Below are positions 58,035 to 64,000 of a DNA stretch of 64,000 bases, piece after piece. The notes beneath the pieces were generated by a model that was not told the origin of the DNA, did no database searches, and saw only the letters and a program-made list of their open reading frames with translations. The position numbers and the translations under genes are program-made. This DNA is from Minisyncoccia bacterium. GTDB lineage: Bacteria; Patescibacteriota; Minisyncoccia; Phycocordibacterales; UBA918. Every line of letters begins with the position of its first letter. The first letter of the stretch is position 1. The stretch is taken from positions 41,493-105,492 of the forward strand of contig JBGSYZ010000007.1 of NCBI GenBank assembly GCA_041750655.1, in the 5' to 3' direction.

Positions 58035-58961
58035 ATGACAGACAAAATTAACTATCAAAAATATTTAGCGTATAAGCCAGAAGTGCAGGGTTTCTTCGAT
58101 GGACGAACCAATACTATCAGTTACGTAGTAGCCAATCCGGAAACCAAAAAGTGCGCCATTATCGATAGCGTGATGGATTACGAACCACACAGTGCCACCA
58201 TTTTCTTTGAAAATGCTGATGCAATTGTGAAGTATGTAAAAAATAAGGGTTATGAAGTGGAGTGGATTTTGGAAACCCATGTTCATGCTGACCACCTTTC
58301 GGCCGCACCGTACTTAAAAGAAAAATTAGGCGGTACTATGGCCATCGGTAAGTACATAGTCGATGTGCAAAATATCTTCGGCAAAGTCTTCAATGAAGGA
58401 ACTGAGTTTGAGCGCGATGGTAGTCAGTTTGATCGGCTGTGGAATGATGGTGACACGTTTACTCTAGGTAATATTACAGCGAGTGTCATCCACACTCCCG
58501 GCCATACTCCTGCTGATATGGTCTATGTCATTGGCGATGCTGTCTTTGCTGGGGATACTATGTTTATGCCAGACTTTGGGACAGCTCGATGTGATTTCCC
58601 CGGCGGAAGCGCTGAAACGCTATATGAATCCACTCAAAAAATATTTGCCCTACCTGAAGAGATGAGGATGTTCATGTGCCACGACTACTTACCAGAAGGA
58701 CGAACTGAATATGTTTGGGAGACAACAGTTGGTGAGCAGAAGAAAAATAATATTCACCTCAAAGAGGGAACAGACCCTGAACGATTCAAGTCTATGCGCG
58801 ATGAACGCGACGCGAAGCTCGGTATGCCTAAACTCATCATTCCATCAATTCAGGTAAATATGCGGGCCGGCAATATACCTAAAGAAAAAGAGACAGGAAA
58901 CATGATGCTAAAGATGCCAGTTAATAGTGTGTTTTCTAAGCAGCCAACAAATAAGTCTTAG
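58035..58961 (+). CDS. MBL-fold hydrolase, persulfide dioxygenase (ETHE1/Blh)-like
   Basis: ATG 58035 (MTDKINYQKY) in frame with track ORF 57861; ETHVHADHLSAAPYLKEKLGG metal-binding motif. Confidence 0.55.
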   Translation: MTDKINYQKYLAYKPEVQGFFDGRTNTISYVVANPETKKCAIIDSVMDYEPHSATIFFENADAIVKYVKNKGYEVEWILETHVHADHLSAAPYLKEKLGGTMAIGKYIVDVQNIFGKVFNEGTEFERDGSQFDRLWNDGDTFTLGNITASVIHTPGHTPADMVYVIGDAVFAGDTMFMPDFGTARCDFPGGSAETLYESTQKIFALPEEMRMFMCHDYLPEGRTEYVWETTVGEQKKNNIHLKEGTDPERFKSMRDERDAKLGMPKLIIPSIQVNMRAGNIPKEKETGNMMLKMPVNSVFSKQPTNKS

Positions 58962-58974
58962 ACATAAAAATATA

Positions 58975-59025
58975 AAAAAGCTCAGGCCGGGCATCCTAGC
59001 GGATGCCCGGCCTATGTGTTGTTGT
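58975..59025. terminator. Bidirectional rho-independent terminator
   Basis: AGGCCGGGCATCC-TAGC-GGATGCCCGGCCT flanked by A/T runs. Confidence 0.7.
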
Positions 59026-59035
59026 ACAGATTTCT

Positions 59036-59740
59036 TCACACTGGGTTGAGAATAAAAACCAAGCTGGTTATTGATGCCCCTACTGAGAGGATGCAATGAC
59101 CTGACTCAGGTGTTTCCCACACGTTCCAGATAAGTTTCCCTTTTCCCGAAGTGTAGAAGTACAGCTTACCGATGAAGCAAGTCGTCGCGACCACAATCCA
59201 GAATCCGGTCCAGCTCAGAGCGTCAACCCCGATAGCGGCAAACCCGAAGGTAACCACCAGAGCGAAACTGAGTGATCCGGTTGCAAAGAAGAACAAAGCG
59301 CCAACCAGATAAGCTTGTTTGGGTTTAAGCCAGCTAATCCTAGCGGCCAACTTTTCTTCCCACCCGTACCATTTACTAATCGCCGACAGAGTCATGAGTG
59401 ACAGAATCATCGGCAATGCCCACGGTTCGTGGTAAATGAGTGGCATCGGAATGACTATCACGTACCAGCTAATCATGGTCTGGTCCACGAAACGCAAGAA
59501 CCGACTAGGTCGCCACGTATGATACGCAGCGCTGCTGTTATATAGGCAGATTTTGATTAGTATGTACAAAACCAGCCCGGGAGACATATGGCCCCACAAC
59601 AGATACGACACAAGTATCAATAACGATATATAGGCGAGGTGACAATATACCACTATTGGGTGTCTTGGATGATGAAGGTCGGGGTTCTCCTCGTTGTGAA
59701 CGGGGAGGCCAGCCAGCGTAAATTGCAAAGAACGCAGCAT
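59036..59740 (-). CDS. Polytopic membrane protein, possibly hemolysin-III/PAQR-like
   Basis: 7 predicted TM helices; NEENPDLHH near the N-terminus and SSAAYH motif. Confidence 0.35.
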   Translation of the reverse strand: MLRSLQFTLAGLPVHNEENPDLHHPRHPIVVYCHLAYISLLILVSYLLWGHMSPGLVLYILIKICLYNSSAAYHTWRPSRFLRFVDQTMISWYVIVIPMPLIYHEPWALPMILSLMTLSAISKWYGWEEKLAARISWLKPKQAYLVGALFFFATGSLSFALVVTFGFAAIGVDALSWTGFWIVVATTCFIGKLYFYTSGKGKLIWNVWETPESGHCILSVGASITSLVFILNPV

Positions 59741-59865
59741 CAGACTCTCCTCCTAAGATTGAGATTTCTGTATCCAATTTGTATTTTGCTACTATTATAT
59801 ATTTTGTCAAGTTTTTTATGCACAGTGGTCAAAAAATAAAAAATACAAAAGTAAATGTAAAAAGA

Positions 59866-59890
59866 AAGGGCCCGCGCGTACGCGCGGGCC
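59866..59890 (-). terminator. Terminator for 59891..60541
   Basis: GGGCCCGCGCG-TA-CGCGCGGGCC next to the stop; T-run on the minus strand. Confidence 0.65.
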
Positions 59891-60541
59891 TTAAGTGTTT
59901 GAACGAAGATGACTGGCAATTTTTTCCAGCACTTCACCGTCTGTGTCAGTTACCGGTAAGTCATGCCCACCCGGTACTTCCAGTAGTGTACCTGATACCC
60001 GAGCAGCCACTTCACGCACGTGTGATGGTGGTGTGATGGTGTCTTCGTTGGCACTCACCACGAGCACGTTTTCAAGGTTTTTACCCACCGGCACACTGCC
60101 GACGGCCGCCGACATGAGCGATGTCAGTGACTCGGGCCGTTTTGGCCAGACTGTCAGCATCTGGCGGATCGCTCCAAACGGGTTGCTCGCTAGGTAGACA
60201 GCTTCATCGAGATCAAACCGGCTACAGTTACCACCGATCATCCCAGTATTTACGAGAGCGGTGCCACGCACCAATCCGTTAGGTGCCAGCTGAGCGACGG
60301 TGTAAGCCACCAATGCCCCGAGCGAGTGCCCGCACAGAAGTACTGGTGTACCTAGCGTAGACAGCTCTTCGAGAATAACTCGGGCTCGAGACTCGATACC
60401 ACCGACCAAATCCATGTTGGCTCCAACCAAGCACGTGTGGTGCTGATCGCGTGTTTCCGGCCACAAGTAGTCCGGATGTCGAAATGCTCCCCCAATCATC
60501 GCGATGGGGAGCGAGCGTTTCTTGCGCATAGCTTCCTCCAT
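59891..60541 (-). CDS. Alpha/beta-hydrolase (GHSLG esterase/lipase-type); high GC
   Basis: LLCGHSLGALVAY nucleophile elbow; ~55% GC. Confidence 0.6.
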   Translation of the reverse strand: MEEAMRKKRSLPIAMIGGAFRHPDYLWPETRDQHHTCLVGANMDLVGGIESRARVILEELSTLGTPVLLCGHSLGALVAYTVAQLAPNGLVRGTALVNTGMIGGNCSRFDLDEAVYLASNPFGAIRQMLTVWPKRPESLTSLMSAAVGSVPVGKNLENVLVVSANEDTITPPSHVREVAARVSGTLLEVPGGHDLPVTDTDGEVLEKIASHLRSNT

Positions 60542-60706
60542 TCATAAAGCGTAGGGATTAATCTTATTGTGTCGGCAATCTGGGTGGGCGTCAATCAGAA
60601 TGTGGTACTTGTGGGGCAGCTTTTTTAATGTAAGAACTGGTCTGACTGAAATGGAGTGTGCTAATTTCTTGAAGGTGGTTGATTCATGGTGAGGTAAAAA
60701 GAAAAG

Positions 60707-60752
60707 CCCCGCGAGTTGTGAAGTCTCGGGGACTTCTCTTGCGGGGCTTGTT
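60707..60752 (-). terminator. Terminator for 60759..61250
   Basis: AAGCCCCGC...GCGGGGCTT long stem, T-run on the minus strand. Confidence 0.55.
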
Positions 60753-60758
60753 GGTTGA

Positions 60759-61250
60759 TTATTGGTGCTCTGACTTCAGGTGGTCGATGAAGCTGTCGAG
60801 CATTTCAGGCGACATAGCTCCAAAGACCGACCCTTGACACACGTACGAGGTTGCACCGAGTCGACGAAACTCGTTGTAGTGAAACCCCATCATGGCGGCA
60901 AAGGCTTGTACTTGTGCAGGTGTGACGTCGACAGACCTTGGCTTGTGCGCCTTGACACGCACCAGTTCGAGCCAGTTGTAGGCACGTAGACAAGTTGCGA
61001 AGGCATGGTCCCTGAGATTGCCCATGTTTTCTGGCAGTCCGTGCTCTTTCAACAGGGCTGCAGCACGAGTCATGTTCTCGAGCCGATATCGCAAAGAGTT
61101 CGGGCAGGGCCAGTGTTGGTCGATGCTCTCGTAGACGATACGGGCGACTTTCCAGCGCAGTACGCAGTTCATCTCCGGCTTGTGTTTCGTAATCTTCCCG
61201 AAGATCGCTTGCGTACGGATCTTTCGAGGAAAGGGTGGGATGTCCATCAT
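60759..61250 (-). CDS. Hypothetical protein; high GC
   Basis: 163-aa ORF with GC-rich codon usage. Confidence 0.4.
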   Translation of the reverse strand: MMDIPPFPRKIRTQAIFGKITKHKPEMNCVLRWKVARIVYESIDQHWPCPNSLRYRLENMTRAAALLKEHGLPENMGNLRDHAFATCLRAYNWLELVRVKAHKPRSVDVTPAQVQAFAAMMGFHYNEFRRLGATSYVCQGSVFGAMSPEMLDSFIDHLKSEHQ

Positions 61251-61353
61251 TGGAAAGACCTCTTCTTTCTAGTGTTTCAGAATTAGTAAAATAATACATT
61301 AAATATTAAAAAAGTCAAATAGATTCTAATTTCCAAACATCTCTCCCTAATAC

Positions 61354-61420
61354 AGCAAAACGATCCTTATTTTATAAGGCTCGTTTTGCTTCAGATTTGG
61401 TGGAGATGGTGGAAACGAAC
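61354..61420 (-). repeat. Duplicated tmRNA 3'-terminal fragment plus its own terminator (att-like remnant)
   Basis: 61398..61415 TGGTGGAGATGGTGGAAA is identical to the true ssrA 3' end at 61615..61632; preceded on the minus strand by AGCAAAACGA...TCGTTTTGCT hairpin. Confidence 0.6.
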
Positions 61421-61614
61421 CATCAAGTTACTAACCAAAATATTTGTTGCCCAAATATTTTGCTAAGTACTTGCAGGCCCACCTCGCGGTTCACGGCATT
61501 TGTAAAGCCATGAACATCGCTGCGGTTGATTCGATTTCACGAAAGCAAAGTAGTTTGCTTTCTCACCATCTTCACCTAAAACACAAAACCACCCCAAAGA
61601 GGGTGGTCGTGTTT

Positions 61615-62007
61615 TGGTGGAGATGGTGGAAATCGAATCCACGTCCGAGAATGGTCACACATATGATTCTTCAATGCATAGCTACACTTTTAAGTTTTAA
61701 TATGATGATAGGAAGTGTAGCCAAAGCTCACCATATCTAGTTCGTACATCTCGGTTTCCTAGCCGAACAGTTTAGGATTCCGCAGTCTCATTTTTATTCC
61801 ACCCCACGCCACTTATGAGACTTCAGTGGGTGAAGCGTCGCTCCGGCCGGCGTTATTTACGCGAAAGCGGGTGCGAATCCAAACGCGTTAGCGTACGGAC
61901 TTGGTACAGATTTGTTTGCATCTATACGTGGTTGCCTTTTAACGAATGGCGACCAATTTCGACATTGCACATATGTATGGGTCAAACCGTCGATGCCTGT
62001 CATCCCC
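61615..62007 (-). ncRNA. ssrA: tmRNA (transfer-messenger RNA), 393 nt, one-piece
   Basis: 5' GGGGAUGACAGGCAUCGACGG... and 3' ...GGACGUGGAUUCGAUUUCCACCAUCUCCACCA (T-arm, acceptor, CCA); G3-U70 wobble in the acceptor stem; tag ORF GCA AAC ... TAA (61857..61919) after UAGAU encodes ANKSVPSPYANAFGFAPAFA; terminator ACCACCC...GGGTGGT plus U-run downstream; smpB upstream. Confidence 0.8.
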
Positions 62008-62036
62008 TGAAAAAGTCCGGGGGACTTTTTCAGTTG
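62008..62036 (-). other. Perfect 12-bp hairpin abutting the tmRNA 5' end
   Basis: CTGAAAAAGTCC-GGG-GGACTTTTTCAG. Confidence 0.4.
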
Positions 62037-62183
62037 AGCTCGGTGACTGTTCGAATTTTGGTCTGGTATCTTACCAGATGTATTCGAAAGGTATCGAACT
62101 TTCACTGAAGTCTGTAAGCAGACTCTTTCAGGGAATTTCAGTAGAAGAAAGTGGGGAGGCAGGGCGCCGCAGGCGCCCTGCAC

Positions 62184-62459
62184 TCATGTTTCTGGATTCG
62201 TATCAGGGTGGCCGAAGTTGTGAGACCTCGGCACAGTACCCGCAATTGCGAGGCCAATGTCTTCGTCGACAGTAGTCTGGTCGCCTGGGGGATTTTCAAC
62301 ATGATTGTCAGCGGTGTTGCGACCACCAGCAAAAGAAATTTCTTCAGATTCAGACAAGTTCGTCTGGACTCCAAAGCAGGCAAGAAGCCAAGCAAACCAT
62401 TTTGGCATGACGGGCATCATTCGGGCTTCAGCCATGAACGGATCTGTTTCTTGCTTCAT
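62184..62459 (-). CDS. Hypothetical protein (high-GC region)
   Basis: 91-aa track ORF; coding status uncertain. Confidence 0.25.
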   Translation of the reverse strand: MKQETDPFMAEARMMPVMPKWFAWLLACFGVQTNLSESEEISFAGGRNTADNHVENPPGDQTTVDEDIGLAIAGTVPRSHNFGHPDTNPET

Positions 62460-62729
62460 GCGACTGCTCCCGTACAGTCTTGTTTCACTAGGGTATTTTC
62501 TGCTTTGGTGGTGGCACAGTCGTTGTCGTCCATGTAGCCACTTTCACGCATTGCCATTTTGTCTTTTTCAGACAAATTTCGGCCATGCCCCAAAAGCACT
62601 AGCCAAGCCAGTGCACTCAAATTTCCATCCATTCCGTACACGATAGGTCCTCCCTCGTTTCTTCAAAAAATTTCAGTTACACACAGGTGGTGCGCAGGCC
62701 GGTGGGGTACCGGCCTGCGCGAAAGTTCA

Positions 62730-63074
62730 TCAGGCAGTCTTTTCTGCCCTCTTGCCGGACGGAGTGAGTTCTCCGAGTTCAAGCAAAACCCAAGCAATGA
62801 GCGACTCGTATAGCTCTTCGCGGTCGAGGTAAAGATTGACCGTGAGCTGGGCCAGGGTTTGGCGAGCTTTCTCTTCGGCGTAGTCTTCGGCCATCTCCAG
62901 GATATCATCCTGGTATTTTTCCTTGAGGAGACGCCACAGAAGCTTTCGAAGCTCCCTTTCTGGGTGTCCATTCAAATCTCGGTGTTCGTGAAGGAAAATG
63001 ACTTCGCATTTCTTTTTTGGGGGCATTTTTCTGTCCGTTTTTGGGTTGGGGTATGGCAGTTCACTCTGAACCAC
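62730..63074 (-). CDS. Hypothetical protein (high-GC region)
   Basis: 114-aa ORF with charged helical sequence. Confidence 0.3.
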   Translation of the reverse strand: MVQSELPYPNPKTDRKMPPKKKCEVIFLHEHRDLNGHPERELRKLLWRLLKEKYQDDILEMAEDYAEEKARQTLAQLTVNLYLDREELYESLIAWVLLELGELTPSGKRAEKTA

Positions 63075-63092
63075 CTGTATGTAACCAAAATT

Positions 63093-63548
63093 TTACTGAA
63101 ATTTCAAAGATCGTCTGAGCTCGCGCTCGGTGTCACGCTTTTTAATTGATTCACGCTTATCTGCCTTCTTTTTACCACGTGCTACAGCAATTTCAAGCTT
63201 GATAGTGCTCTTTTTATTATACAACGAAATAGGCACTATTGTCAAACCAGATTGTTCGCTCTGTTTGTACAGTTCAGCCAGCTGTTTCTTGTTCAAAAGA
63301 AGTTTTCGAGTACGTTCTGGATCGTAATCAGCGCTAACGTTCTTTTTTTGGAAGGCCGGGATACTGGAGCCAGTTAAAAAAGCTTCGCCACCACGAATTA
63401 CCACATGGGCGCCCTCGAGCTTGCCCTGGCCTTTTCGGACTGATTTTACCTCAGTACCAAGCAGCGAAATACCCGCCTCGTAGGTCTCAAGGATTTCAAA
63501 ATCAAAGTAGGCCTTTTTGTTGCTCACTAATGCCATAGGTGTGGTCAT
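63093..63548 (-). CDS. smpB: SsrA-binding protein SmpB
   Basis: Full-length similarity to SmpB; basic C-terminal tail. Confidence 0.9.
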   Translation of the reverse strand: MTTPMALVSNKKAYFDFEILETYEAGISLLGTEVKSVRKGQGKLEGAHVVIRGGEAFLTGSSIPAFQKKNVSADYDPERTRKLLLNKKQLAELYKQSEQSGLTIVPISLYNKKSTIKLEIAVARGKKKADKRESIKKRDTERELRRSLKFQ

Positions 63549-63682
63549 AACTATACCCCGACCCTAGTTCTCAGTCTATTCAAGCACTCAGAGACTTCAT
63601 AAAATACTGTAATTTAAAAACCAGGGCAGGGTATAGCAAATTCCTCGCAAAATGGGGTGATTTCTGTATAATGACGGGCACT

Positions 63683-64000
63683 ATGAATAAGGAGCAAAAA
63701 GAAGTCATTAATTCACCAATTGTGGCTGAAAATCACGAAAAAAACAAAGAAAAAAAATCTGACAAAAAAAATCAAAGTAACTTATCTACGGAACACAAGC
63801 GTCGGATTAAGATGCCAGAAAAAATGCCGGTTGGCCCGGGTAATTTTTGGAATAACATACTTACCACTGTATTAATTTTGGTAGGATTAACTTTTTTGTA
63901 TTCTTATATAGCTGAATCACAGAATCCAGTTGATGAACTATCAGTGTCGGAAGTGGTCCAACAAGTGAAGAATGGCGAAGTGTCAGAAATCGTGGTCCAA
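63683..64000 (+). CDS. ftsH: ATP-dependent zinc metalloprotease FtsH, N-terminal part (runs off the window)
   Basis: ATG 63683 preceded by TATAAT; N-terminal TM helix and FtsH extracellular-domain pattern (NFWNNILTTVLILVGLTFLYSY...); ORF open to the window end. Confidence 0.65.
   Translation, partial: MNKEQKEVINSPIVAENHEKNKEKKSDKKNQSNLSTEHKRRIKMPEKMPVGPGNFWNNILTTVLILVGLTFLYSYIAESQNPVDELSVSEVVQQVKNGEVSEIVVQ

Noticed and set aside
61391-61420. tRNA-like 3' end (T-arm plus CCA) suggesting a tRNA gene
   Set aside because: No D-arm, anticodon arm or matching 5' acceptor strand within 100 nt. It is a partial duplicate of the tmRNA 3' terminus (see findings).
1-64000. Global genetic-code reassignment of TGA (code 25 or code 4)
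   Set aside because: Long universally conserved genes (fusA 719 aa, tuf, secY, rplB, the ABC-F gene) are uninterrupted under the standard code and TGA is rare overall. Only two isolated internal TGAs were found, so global reassignment is unlikely.

Overview
Low-GC (roughly 40%) bacterial segment whose gene content and organisation look like a Candidate Phyla Radiation (Patescibacteria)-type genome. The core is a fragmented translation super-operon: fusA ... tuf-rpsJ ... rplC-rplD-rplW-rplB ... rpsS-rplV-rpsC-rplP-rpmC-rpsQ-rplN-rplX-rplE ... rpsN(type Z)-rpsH-rplF-rplR-rpsE-rplO-secY ... adk-map, with infC-rpmI-rplT and smpB-ssrA on the opposite strand. Several non-ribosomal, mostly secreted or membrane-protein genes are inserted between normally contiguous ribosomal blocks. 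rpmD (L30) is absent between rpsE and rplO. Many intergenic GC-clamp hairpins followed by T-runs act as (often bidirectional) terminators. The candidate novel system is a four-gene module (50468-56291) with three paralogous TasA/camelysin-like proteins carrying SipW-cognate-type signal peptides, followed by an archaeal/ER-type (SipW/Sec11-like) signal peptidase that is itself fused to a further TasA-like domain. Other notable items: two genes each contain a single in-frame TGA followed by clearly coding sequence (an FAD disulfide oxidoreductase-TVP38/DedA fusion, and a high-GC membrane protein); a tmRNA gene (tag peptide ANKSVPSPYANAFGFAPAFA, G3-U70 pair) with a duplicated 3'-end fragment and flanking high-GC islands; a cohesin+dockerin surface protein; a beta-helix/SH3b protein with unstable-looking PT hexanucleotide repeats; a GcrA-like regulator; a SET-domain protein; and a CsoR/CstR-like-rhodanese-DUF2202-MBL (persulfide dioxygenase-like) cluster. 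No rRNA, tRNA, CRISPR or transposase genes were recognised.
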